Source: an uncultured Acetobacteraceae bacterium
GTDB lineage: Bacteria > Pseudomonadota > Alphaproteobacteria > Acetobacterales > Acetobacteraceae
Length of the DNA stretch: 37,548 nt
Assembly (NCBI GenBank): GCA_903839965.1
Contig: CAIMEK010000224.1
Coordinates: forward strand, 1 to 37,548
Reading direction: 5' to 3'
A program made the position numbers and the translations under genes. Position 1 is the stretch's first letter; each line of letters opens with the position of its first letter. Positions 9,627 to 18,051 of this stretch are shown piece after piece. The notes below the pieces were generated by a model that was given only the letters and a program-made list of their open reading frames with translations, was not told the origin of the DNA and did no database searches.

Positions 9627-9776
9627 CTACCCGGGGCGCGGGCCGAAATGGTCGTTCGGCAGCACCTTCTGGATCTGCTTGGGGTGGGGATCAGGCGGGA
9701 AGGCACCGAGCGTGAGCAGGCCGGCCGCCAGCACTACGCCACCAATCAGCAAGACCAGCAGGAAAACCCTGCGCAT
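9627..9776 (-). CDS. 49-aa single-TM small protein
   Basis: MRRVFLLVLLIGGVVLAAGLLTLGAFPPDPHPKQIQKVLPNDHFGPRPG*. GGAG upstream. Stop lies 4 nt before the inferred xerD start. Below the ORF-track cut-off. Confidence 0.8.
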   Translation of the reverse strand: MRRVFLLVLLIGGVVLAAGLLTLGAFPPDPHPKQIQKVLPNDHFGPRPG

Positions 9777-9868
9777 GAACTCCGCTCCGCTTGATGCCGA
9801 CGCTATGCCCTGGCCGGCGCTGTGCTAGCCTTGGTACTCATGACACGCAACCCAGGGGTGGAACAGGA

Positions 9869-11581
9869 GTGAGCCTGAAGGAAACTGCTCCGCAGCCGGG
9901 CGGCCGCCCGGGCGCGCCGCCGGTCGAGCGGGAAAGCGCGCCGCCCGGGTGGCTGAAGGGGCGCAGCATCGTGCTGGTCGGGCTCATGGGCGCGGGGAAG
10001 ACCTCGATCGGGCGGCGCCTGGCGGCGCGACTCGGCATGCCTTTCCATGACGCCGACAGCGAAATCGAGCTGGCGGCCGGCTGCAGCATCGCCGAATTGT
10101 TCGAGCGATTCGGCGAGCGCGAGTTTCGCGACGGCGAGCGGCGGGTGATCCGCCGCCTGCTGTCCGGCGATCCGCTGGTGCTGGCCACCGGCGGCGGCGC
10201 CTTCATGGACGACCAGACGCGCGCGACCATCCGCCAGGAGGCGGTGAGCATATGGCTGCGCTGCCGCCTGCCCGTGCTGCTACGCCGCGTGTCCGGCCGC
10301 ACCCACCGGCCGCTGCTGCATGACCAGAACCCCGAGGACGTGCTGCAGCGGCTGATGGCGGCCCGCCACCCGGTCTACGCCGAGGCGGAAATCGTCGTGG
10401 ACTGCAGCGACGAGCACCCTGAGACCACCACGTCGCAGGTGCTGGCGGCGCTGCACGCCTACCGGCCGCCGCGCCGGCTGGCGCTGGCGCTCGCCGGCGG
10501 CGGCTACGAGGTGGTGGTGGGCGAAAACCTGCTGGCCCGCGCCGGCGCATTGCTGGCGCCGGTGCTGCCGCAGAAGCGTGCCGTGGTGGTGACCGACTCG
10601 ACGGTGGGGCCGTTGCACCTGCCCGCCCTGCTGGAGGGGCTGCACGCCACCGCCATCGAGACCCGCACCCTGACCGTGCCATGCGGCGAGGAGTCGAAAA
10701 GCCTCGTCAGCTACGGCAAACTGGTCAACGAAATGCTCGCCGGCGGGTTGGAGCGGCGCACCGCGGTGATCGCGCTGGGCGGCGGCGTGGTGGGCGATCT
10801 TGCCGGCTTTGCCGCCGCCACCCTGCTGCGTGGCCTGCCGTTCGTGCAGGTGCCGACCACCTTGCTGGCCCAGGTGGATTCCTCGGTCGGTGGCAAGACC
10901 GCCATCAACACCGAGCACGGCAAGAACCTGCTCGGCGCGTTCCATCAGCCCCGCATGGTGCTGGCCGATACCGCGACATTGGCCACCCTGCCCCGGCGTG
11001 AGCTGGGCGCCGGCTACGCGGAAATGGCGAAAGCCGGAATGATCGGCGATGCCCGTTTCTTCGCCTGGTGCGAAGCCAACGGCGCCGCCGTGATGGCCGG
11101 CGACCGCGAGGTGCAGGCCGAGGCGATCATGCGGGCCTGCGCCTTCAAGGCCCAGGTGGTCGGCGGCGACGAGCGCGAGGAGAAACCCGACGACGGCCGC
11201 GCCCTGCTGAACCTCGGCCACACCTTCGGGCACGCGCTGGAGGCCGAACTCGGGTACGGCACCATCCTGCACGGCGAGGCGGTAGCGGTGGGCATCGGGC
11301 TCGCGTTCCAGCTTTCGGCGCGGCTGGGGCTGTGCTCCGTGGCCGATGGCGACCGCGTGATCGGGCATCTGGCCTCGGTCGGCCTGCCGGCGGAACTGAC
11401 GCACCTGAACCGTCGATTCTCTGCCGCGAGCCTGATCGCGCATATGCGCCGCGACAAGAAGATCCGCGACGGCAGGCTGACGTTCGTGCTGGTGGGCGGC
11501 ATCGGCCACGCGTTCACGCGCTCCGACGTGCCGCCCGAGGCGGTCGTCGAGGTGCTGCGCGAGGCTGGCTGCGAGGCTTGA
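9869..11581 (+). CDS. aroKB: Fused shikimate kinase / 3-dehydroquinate synthase (AroK-AroB)
   Basis: N-terminal GLMGAGKT and ATGGG. C-terminal GEESKS, GGGVVGDLAGF, PTTLLAQVDSSVGGKT, LNLGHTFGHA, HGEAV. One open frame. GTG start inferred. Confidence 0.94.
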   Translation: MSLKETAPQPGGRPGAPPVERESAPPGWLKGRSIVLVGLMGAGKTSIGRRLAARLGMPFHDADSEIELAAGCSIAELFERFGEREFRDGERRVIRRLLSGDPLVLATGGGAFMDDQTRATIRQEAVSIWLRCRLPVLLRRVSGRTHRPLLHDQNPEDVLQRLMAARHPVYAEAEIVVDCSDEHPETTTSQVLAALHAYRPPRRLALALAGGGYEVVVGENLLARAGALLAPVLPQKRAVVVTDSTVGPLHLPALLEGLHATAIETRTLTVPCGEESKSLVSYGKLVNEMLAGGLERRTAVIALGGGVVGDLAGFAAATLLRGLPFVQVPTTLLAQVDSSVGGKTAINTEHGKNLLGAFHQPRMVLADTATLATLPRRELGAGYAEMAKAGMIGDARFFAWCEANGAAVMAGDREVQAEAIMRACAFKAQVVGGDEREEKPDDGRALLNLGHTFGHALEAELGYGTILHGEAVAVGIGLAFQLSARLGLCSVADGDRVIGHLASVGLPAELTHLNRRFSAASLIAHMRRDKKIRDGRLTFVLVGGIGHAFTRSDVPPEAVVEVLREAGCEA

Positions 11582-11594
11582 GCCGGCTTCACCG

Positions 11595-13304
11595 TTACAG
11601 CGACATGATGAAGCGCAGCGGGTCGCCGATATAGCGGATGTTGGTGACCAGGTAGTTCACCAGGATCGGCTGGGTGCCGGCGCCGCGCACTTCGCCGCCG
11701 TAGACGCGCAGCATGCCGGTCCAGTCCATCGCGATGCCCAGGGGCCGTGGAATGCGCTTGTAGCGCCCGGTCGGCGCGGTGATCGGCACCAGCGCCCCGC
11801 TGGGCGTGATCGGCACGCGGCCGACCGGCATCGCCTCGCCGGACTCAGTCAACAGGGCCGGATCGGGCGGCGCGGCCGGTCCGCTGCCCGCCACGTAGCC
11901 GATGCCGCCGGGCGGGGCGAGCAGCAATACGCGCTGCGGATCGTGCCCGGCCAGGCGCTCCGCCAGCCCAGCCCATTCCTCGGTGGTGAGGTACTCGGAG
12001 TCGCGAAACCCCTGGGGGATATGCAGTTCGTCGAAGGTGTGGCGGATCTCGACCTGCCAGGCCATGCGCTCGGCCAGCAACGTTTCCACCAGCCCGGGGA
12101 TCTCGGCGAGATTAGAACGGTAGGCCATGATGTTGTAACGCAGCCGCGGCGCCCGCCGGCCCGCCGCGAAGCTGGCCAGCAGCATGTCGCTGTTGGCCTG
12201 GAAGATGTGGTAGCGCGCGCCCTTGCGCAGGCGCTCGTACAGCGCCGGGTCCAGGCTTTCGAGCGAAACGTTCAGGTGGTGCATGCCTGAATCGGCCAGC
12301 GCGTCGAAATAGTCCCGCGGCATCCGCTTCGCGAGGTTGGTGGTGAAGAACAGCTTGTCGCGCCAGGCGTCGGGCACCATGCGGATGAAGTCCAGCAGCC
12401 CGGGGTGCAGCGACGGTTCGTGCAAACAGGACAGCCAGAAATTGCCGGCGGTCACATACGGGATCAGCCGCAACGCCGAGCGGAAGGTTTCCTCCGACAT
12501 CAGGTTGGTGCGGTGCACGTCGGCGTAGTCGACCACGCAGAACGGACAGCGCAGGTTGCAATTGTCGACCACATCGAGGGCGACGTGGCTGATCGGCTGG
12601 AACGCGGTGCCCATTTCCGGCGCGTGCTCGGCATGCCAGGCGGCGCCCACCGGGCGCACCAGCACCCGGTCGCGCTCCGCGGGCGTCAGCGGGGCGGGAT
12701 GGAAGGCATAGAAGGAATAGGCGCCATCGCCGACGCCGACCTGCACCAACTGGGTGGAGTAGGTGTCGGCCACGCCGTGGCCCAAGATGCGCTCGCCCTC
12801 GGGCCCGGGCAGCACCACCTCGTACTCCACCCGCCGTGACGGATCCGACAGATCGCGCATCCAACCCGCGACATGGTGGGTCGTGCGCTCGTCCAGATAG
12901 CCCTGCCAGGGCCCCCCGGTGGCCGGGGCGAGCGGGGCGTCCGGGCCGTCGGCCGGGGCGGCGGGGATGGGGAAGACGCTGTCGGCCAGATCGGTGCGCA
13001 GGCCCGGCGCCAGTTCCGCCTGCCACGCCGCGCCGACCGCGCGCACAACCAGCGCGTCGCGCTCGCCGGCGGACAACGGCCGGGCGAAGCGGACGTTGAA
13101 GGCGTGCCGGCCGTCGCCGACGCCGACGGTGCGCAATATCGGGCTGAACCGATCGGCCACCCCACGGTGCAGGATGCGCTCCCGCCCAGGGCCGGGCACC
13201 ACCACCTCGAAATTCAGCCGCGCCGTCGGGTCCGCCAGGTCGCGCACCCAGCCCGCGACGTGGTCGACACTGCGTTCGTCGATGTAGCCCTGATATTGCG
13301 CCAT
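11595..13304 (-). CDS. Radical SAM protein with duplicated N-terminal domain (569 aa)
   Basis: CNLRCPFC (CxxxCxxC), SCLHEP in the GGE position, TTN, NVSLES. Two ~97-aa repeats precede the core. Confidence 0.88.
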   Translation of the reverse strand: MAQYQGYIDERSVDHVAGWVRDLADPTARLNFEVVVPGPGRERILHRGVADRFSPILRTVGVGDGRHAFNVRFARPLSAGERDALVVRAVGAAWQAELAPGLRTDLADSVFPIPAAPADGPDAPLAPATGGPWQGYLDERTTHHVAGWMRDLSDPSRRVEYEVVLPGPEGERILGHGVADTYSTQLVQVGVGDGAYSFYAFHPAPLTPAERDRVLVRPVGAAWHAEHAPEMGTAFQPISHVALDVVDNCNLRCPFCVVDYADVHRTNLMSEETFRSALRLIPYVTAGNFWLSCLHEPSLHPGLLDFIRMVPDAWRDKLFFTTNLAKRMPRDYFDALADSGMHHLNVSLESLDPALYERLRKGARYHIFQANSDMLLASFAAGRRAPRLRYNIMAYRSNLAEIPGLVETLLAERMAWQVEIRHTFDELHIPQGFRDSEYLTTEEWAGLAERLAGHDPQRVLLLAPPGGIGYVAGSGPAAPPDPALLTESGEAMPVGRVPITPSGALVPITAPTGRYKRIPRPLGIAMDWTGMLRVYGGEVRGAGTQPILVNYLVTNIRYIGDPLRFIMSL

Positions 13305-13345
13305 TGCAGTCGGCGGTGCGTGGGTCAAGCCGTCACGCCACCGCC

Positions 13346-13612
13346 TCACTCCTCCTCGTCGTCGCGCTCCTCGGCATCATTGAGGTGCTCGTAGTACCAG
13401 TCCAGCATGTCATCGTGGAAATCCGGGTCCTTGAGCAGGCGCATGGCGAGCGCCAGCACGATCTCCGGCGCCGCGGCCTGGTCCGCGGCATCCGTCTCGA
13501 CATCCGCGGCGGCGACCACCCGCACCGACATGGTTCCGTTGTCCTCGCCGACGATCAGGGCAACCTCGCCGGAGTCGAGGTCTACCGTGGTCGGTTCCGT
13601 CCTGGGTGGCAT
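13346..13612 (-). CDS. Small acidic hypothetical protein (88 aa)
   Basis: GAGGAG RBS; high GC3; MPPRTEPTTVDLDSGEVALIVG...DWYYEHLNDAEERDDEEE. Confidence 0.75.
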   Translation of the reverse strand: MPPRTEPTTVDLDSGEVALIVGEDNGTMSVRVVAAADVETDAADQAAAPEIVLALAMRLLKDPDFHDDMLDWYYEHLNDAEERDDEEE

Positions 13613-13723
13613 CCGTGGCACTCCTCGTTCGCGCCGCACCATGCAACGGCCTGCAGAAGCACCGCAACGCACCGACCCCGGCATGGCGGCGGGGCGGCGG
13701 GGCGGCGGGAAGATTCCGGCCCG

Positions 13724-15235
13724 TCACTTCGCAAACTGCATTCCCTGCAACCGGATCAGGCCATCCGGCACCTGTTCGAAGCCGGTCAGGGCCTTCTTCA
13801 TGCCAACGATGTTGCGCGTATTCCAGAGATAGATCTGCGGCAGGTCCTTGCGCTCCTGCTCCCAGACCTGGCGGTAGAGGTCCCGCCGCTCCGCTGGATC
13901 GCTGCGCACGCGCGCCTCGTCGAGCAGGCGGTCGACCGTGGGGGAGGTATATTTGCCGTAATTGAACGTGCCCCCGGTGTGCAGCATCTGCCACATATTG
14001 CCGTCGGCATCCGAGCGGCCGGACCAGCCGATCAGGTAGACCTGGAAATCCCCCTGGTAGGCGGCCTGCAGGGACGAGGCGAATTCCAACGAGCGAATCT
14101 TCACCTCGAAGCCGGCCTCCGCCGCCATCGACTGGATCACCTCGGCGGCCTGCTGAACTTCGGGGCTGTTCGGGGCGGTGATCACCACCTGCACCGGAGT
14201 GGCGACGCCGGCCTGTTTGAGCAGCGCTTTTGCCCGGGCGATATCGGGCGCTGGCGGCTGGATGGACGGCGCGAAGAACGGCGAGGCGGCGGGATTGGCC
14301 TGCGCGGTCGGGATGAAGACGCCGTTGTAGACCACCTGGATCAGCGCCGTCCGGTCAATCGTCAGCTCGAAGGCCTGCCGCACCAGGGCGTTCTGGCCGA
14401 TCACGCTGTTCGCGGCCGGGCCGTTGGCGGTGTTGACGTAGAGCGCCTGGTTGCCGAGTCCGTCGCCGACGGCGAGCTTGAGCCGCGGGTCGGAGGCAAC
14501 CTGCGGCATGTCGGTCGGCAGCACGTATTCCACCAGGTCGATGGCGCCTGCCTTCAGGTTGGCCAGCCGCGCCGCGGAGTTCACGATCGGCAGGTAGATC
14601 ACCTGGTCGAAGTGGAAGGCGGCGGCGTTCCAGTGGGCCGGGAAGCGGCGCAGCACGATGCGGTCCTGCGCGGTGCGGCTCTCGAAGGCGTAGGGGCCGG
14701 CGCAGACCGGGTGGTTGCCGAAATTGGCCGGGCCGAGCGCCTCGGCCGCCTTGGGCGAGATGACGATGCCGGCGCGGTCGGCGAGTTGCGCCAGCAGCGG
14801 CGAAGCCGGCGCCTTCAGCAGCAGCCGCACGGTCAGCGGATCGACCACCTCGATGCTCTGGATCGGGTTGATTTCGCCGGCCCGCATGCTGCCCTTCAGC
14901 GTGAGGTTGCGGTTCAGCGTGTACTTCACCGCCTCGGCGTCGAGCTTCTCGCCGTCGTGGAAGGTCACCCCCGGGCGCAGCGTGATGACCAGGTGGGTGG
15001 GGTCCTCGTAGCGATAGCCGGTGGCAAGCTGGGGGATGATGTTGAGCCTGGCATCGAGGTCGAACAGCTTGTCGCACATCGCGGCATAGACGATGCGGCC
15101 GACCAGGGACGACCCCAGGGTGGGGTCGAGCAGGTCGGGGTCCTCGCGCAGCCCGATACGCAGCGTGCCGTCCTGGGCGTGCGCGCCGGCGGCAAGCGCC
15201 AGGGCACCCAGGAGACCGAGCAGGAATCGACGCAT
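13724..15235 (-). CDS. ABC peptide/nickel family-5 solute-binding protein (DppA-like)
   Basis: Sec signal ending AHA; LDP, LRPGVTFHDG and PVCAGPY motifs; GGAGG RBS. Confidence 0.93.
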   Translation of the reverse strand: MRRFLLGLLGALALAAGAHAQDGTLRIGLREDPDLLDPTLGSSLVGRIVYAAMCDKLFDLDARLNIIPQLATGYRYEDPTHLVITLRPGVTFHDGEKLDAEAVKYTLNRNLTLKGSMRAGEINPIQSIEVVDPLTVRLLLKAPASPLLAQLADRAGIVISPKAAEALGPANFGNHPVCAGPYAFESRTAQDRIVLRRFPAHWNAAAFHFDQVIYLPIVNSAARLANLKAGAIDLVEYVLPTDMPQVASDPRLKLAVGDGLGNQALYVNTANGPAANSVIGQNALVRQAFELTIDRTALIQVVYNGVFIPTAQANPAASPFFAPSIQPPAPDIARAKALLKQAGVATPVQVVITAPNSPEVQQAAEVIQSMAAEAGFEVKIRSLEFASSLQAAYQGDFQVYLIGWSGRSDADGNMWQMLHTGGTFNYGKYTSPTVDRLLDEARVRSDPAERRDLYRQVWEQERKDLPQIYLWNTRNIVGMKKALTGFEQVPDGLIRLQGMQFAK

Positions 15236-15371
15236 TGGGGCCTCCGATCAAATCCGCGCTGGTGTGGCGCAGGACGCGGGGAAAGGCCAGGGCTTTGCCG
15301 CCGGGGCGCGCCGCCCCCGCTGCAGCCGACGCCTCCCGGCGCATCGCCCATGCGCTGACGCGATTTGCCAT

Positions 15372-15388
15372 GTCCGACCGGGTCGGAC
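15372..15388. promoter_or_regulatory. Perfect 8-1-8 inverted repeat upstream of hpnN, candidate operator
   Basis: GTCCGACC-G-GGTCGGAC between TTGCCA (15365-15370) and TATCCC (15389-15394). Confidence 0.35.
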
Positions 15389-15424
15389 TATCCCGTGCCG
15401 CCACACCGCCGGATTCGCGCCCTG

Positions 15425-18010
15425 ATGCTGCTTTCCCGCCTGCTCGCCGCCCTCGTCGAGGGCAGCCGGCGCCGTGCCCCCCTCGTGCTGGTTGTTGCCG
15501 CCTTGCTGGCCGCCCTGGCCGGCTGGCTCGCCGTCGCCCGCCTGGGCGTCAGCACGGACACCGACGAACTGTTTGCCGCCTCGCTGCCCTGGCGCCAGCG
15601 GGAGCTCGCCTTCGCGCGCGCCTTGCCGCAGTTCAGCGACCTGCTGGTGGCGGTGATCGACGGCGCCACGCCCGAACAGACCGAGCAGACCGCCACCGAC
15701 CTGGCCGCGGCGCTGCACGCCGACCCCGGGCATTTCACCAGCGTGCGCCGCCCGGACGCCTCGCCGTTCCTGGAGAACAACGGGCTGCTGTTCCTCGACG
15801 CCAAGCCGCTGGGCGACCTGATGGACCGCACCATCGACGCCCAGCCCTTCCTGGGCCAGCTTGCCGCCGACCCCAGCGCGCGCGGGCTGTTCGCGGCCCT
15901 CACGCTGCTCGGCATGGGCGTGGAGCGCGGCGCGGCCCAGTTGGAGCCGATGCGCCCGGCGCTGGAGGCGTTCCGCCGCACCCTGGCCGATGCCGCCGAC
16001 GGACACCCCAGGCCGCTGTCGTGGCAAACCTTGCTGGCCGGCGACGTCTCCGCCCTGGCCGGCCAGTATCGCTTCGTCCTGGTCCAGCCCCGGCTGGACT
16101 ATGGCGCGCTGCAGCCCGGCGGCGCCGCCACCCAGGCCATCCGCGACGCGGCCGCCGCCTTGCCCTGGGTGAAGGCGGGCCAGGCCCGCGTGCGCATCAC
16201 CGGCTCGGTGGCGCTGTCGGACGAGGAGTTTGCCTCGGTCGCGCAAGGCGCTCTCGCCGGCGTGATCGGCTGCCTGTTGCTGGTGACGGTGTGGCTGGTG
16301 CTGGCGGTGCGGTCCTGGCGGCTGATCGTGCCGATTCTGCTCACGCTGGGACTGGGGCTGCTGCTGACCACCGGCTTCGCCGCGCTGGCGGTCGGCACGC
16401 TGAACCTGATCTCGGTGGCCTTCGCCATTCTGTTCGTCGGCATCGCGGTGGATTTTTCCATCCAGTTCTGCGTGCGCTACCGCGAGATGCGGCTGCTGAC
16501 CGACAGCTCCGAGGCGGCGCTCGACGCCACGGCGGCGCGGGTCGGCCCGCAGATCCTGGTGGCCGCCGCGGCCACCGCCGCTGGCCTGCTGGCCTTTGTG
16601 CCCACCGATTTCCGCGGCGTGGCGGAGCTTGGAATGATCGCCGGCGTCGGCATGCTGATCGCGTTCGCCTGCACGCTGAGCTTCCTGCCGGCGACGCTGG
16701 CGGTGTTTTGTCCGCACGGCGAAGCGCGCGCGATCGGCTTCGCCTGGGGGGAGCGGCTGGAGCGCGGCCTGTTCCGCGCCCGCTACCCGGTGGTGGCGGG
16801 CTTCGTGGCGCTGGCGGTGCTCGGCGCCGCCCTGCTCCCCCACCTGACCTTCGACTCCGATCCGCTGCATACCAAGGATCCCACCACCGAGGCGATGCGC
16901 ACGCTGGCGGACCTGATGGATTCGCCGCTCACCAGCCCGTACAGCATCGACATCCTGGCGCCCGACCAGGCGCATGCCGACGCGCTGGCGGAGAAGCTGC
17001 GCACGCTGCCGCTGGTCGATGACGCCATCACCCTGTCGAGCTTCGTGCCCACCGACCAGTCGGCCAAGCTGGCGATCGTTGCCGATGCGGCCAGCATCCT
17101 CGGCGTCACGCTGGCGGCGCGCGCGCCGGCGGCTCCGGTGACCGGCGCCGACCTGCGCCTGGCCGCCGGCACGGCGTTGAGCGGCATGGAACGGGCCGCG
17201 GCGAAGCTGCCGGCCGGTTCGGAGGTGGCGGGCATTGCCGACGCGCTGCGCCGCCTGGTGGCGGCGCCGGACGAGCGGCTGCTGGCGGCCAACGCCGACC
17301 TCACCCGCTTCCTGCCGCTCGCCCTCGCGCGCCTGCGCACTGCGCTCGATGCCCACCCGGTGATGCTGGCCGACATCCCGCCCGACCTCGCCGTCGATTG
17401 GCGGCTGGCGGATGGGCAAGTGCGCGTGCAGGCGACGGCCCGCGCGCAGGCACGCGATTCCCGCGGGCTGCATGCCTTCGTCGCCCAGGTGCGCAGCGTT
17501 GCCCCGGAGGCCGGCGGCTCGGCGGTGACCATCGTGGAGAGCGCGGACACCATCGTCGGCGCCTTCCGCTCGGCGGCGCTGCTGGCGCTGGCGGCGATCG
17601 CGGTCATCCTTGCCGTGGCGCTGCGCCGGGTGACGGATGTCGCCCTGGTGATGGCGCCGCTGCTGCTTTCCGCCCTGCTGACGGTGGTGGCGGCCGTGCT
17701 GGTGCCGTTGGCGCTGAACTTCGCCAACATCATCGCCCTGCCGCTGCTGCTGGGCGTGGGGGTGTCGTTCAACATCTATTTCGTCATGAACTGGCGCGCC
17801 GGCGCCGACCGCTTCCTGGGCACCGCGACGGCACGGGCGATCCTGTTCTCCGCCCTGACCACCGGCACGGCGTTCGGTTCGCTGGCGCTGTCGCGCCATC
17901 CCGGCACGGCGAGCATGGGCTACCTTCTGCTGCTGAGCCTGGGGTGCACGCTGCTGACCACGATGCTGTTCGTGCCGGCCTTGTTGCGAACCCTCAGGCG
18001 ACCAACCTGA
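15425..18010 (+). CDS. hpnN: Hopanoid-associated MMPL/RND transporter HpnN
   Basis: NGLLFL, LNLISVAFAILFVGIAVDFSIQF, LNFANIIALPLLLGVGVSF, SRHPGTASMG. Two TM blocks. hpn operon nearby. Confidence 0.9.
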   Translation: MLLSRLLAALVEGSRRRAPLVLVVAALLAALAGWLAVARLGVSTDTDELFAASLPWRQRELAFARALPQFSDLLVAVIDGATPEQTEQTATDLAAALHADPGHFTSVRRPDASPFLENNGLLFLDAKPLGDLMDRTIDAQPFLGQLAADPSARGLFAALTLLGMGVERGAAQLEPMRPALEAFRRTLADAADGHPRPLSWQTLLAGDVSALAGQYRFVLVQPRLDYGALQPGGAATQAIRDAAAALPWVKAGQARVRITGSVALSDEEFASVAQGALAGVIGCLLLVTVWLVLAVRSWRLIVPILLTLGLGLLLTTGFAALAVGTLNLISVAFAILFVGIAVDFSIQFCVRYREMRLLTDSSEAALDATAARVGPQILVAAAATAAGLLAFVPTDFRGVAELGMIAGVGMLIAFACTLSFLPATLAVFCPHGEARAIGFAWGERLERGLFRARYPVVAGFVALAVLGAALLPHLTFDSDPLHTKDPTTEAMRTLADLMDSPLTSPYSIDILAPDQAHADALAEKLRTLPLVDDAITLSSFVPTDQSAKLAIVADAASILGVTLAARAPAAPVTGADLRLAAGTALSGMERAAAKLPAGSEVAGIADALRRLVAAPDERLLAANADLTRFLPLALARLRTALDAHPVMLADIPPDLAVDWRLADGQVRVQATARAQARDSRGLHAFVAQVRSVAPEAGGSAVTIVESADTIVGAFRSAALLALAAIAVILAVALRRVTDVALVMAPLLLSALLTVVAAVLVPLALNFANIIALPLLLGVGVSFNIYFVMNWRAGADRFLGTATARAILFSALTTGTAFGSLALSRHPGTASMGYLLLLSLGCTLLTTMLFVPALLRTLRRPT

Positions 18011-18051
18011 AGTCGTCCGGGCCGGTCGCGGCGACCGGCTCCTGTGGTGCC

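Noticed and set aside
11595-13304. Radical SAM as HpnH, HpnJ, HpnP or HpnR
   Set aside because: It lacks a B12-binding domain and does not resemble HpnH in architecture. Proximity to hpnN alone is insufficient.
13685-13708. (GGCGGCGG)x3 microsatellite or G-quadruplex
   Set aside because: Low-complexity GC repeats are expected at this base composition, and nothing else supports a function.
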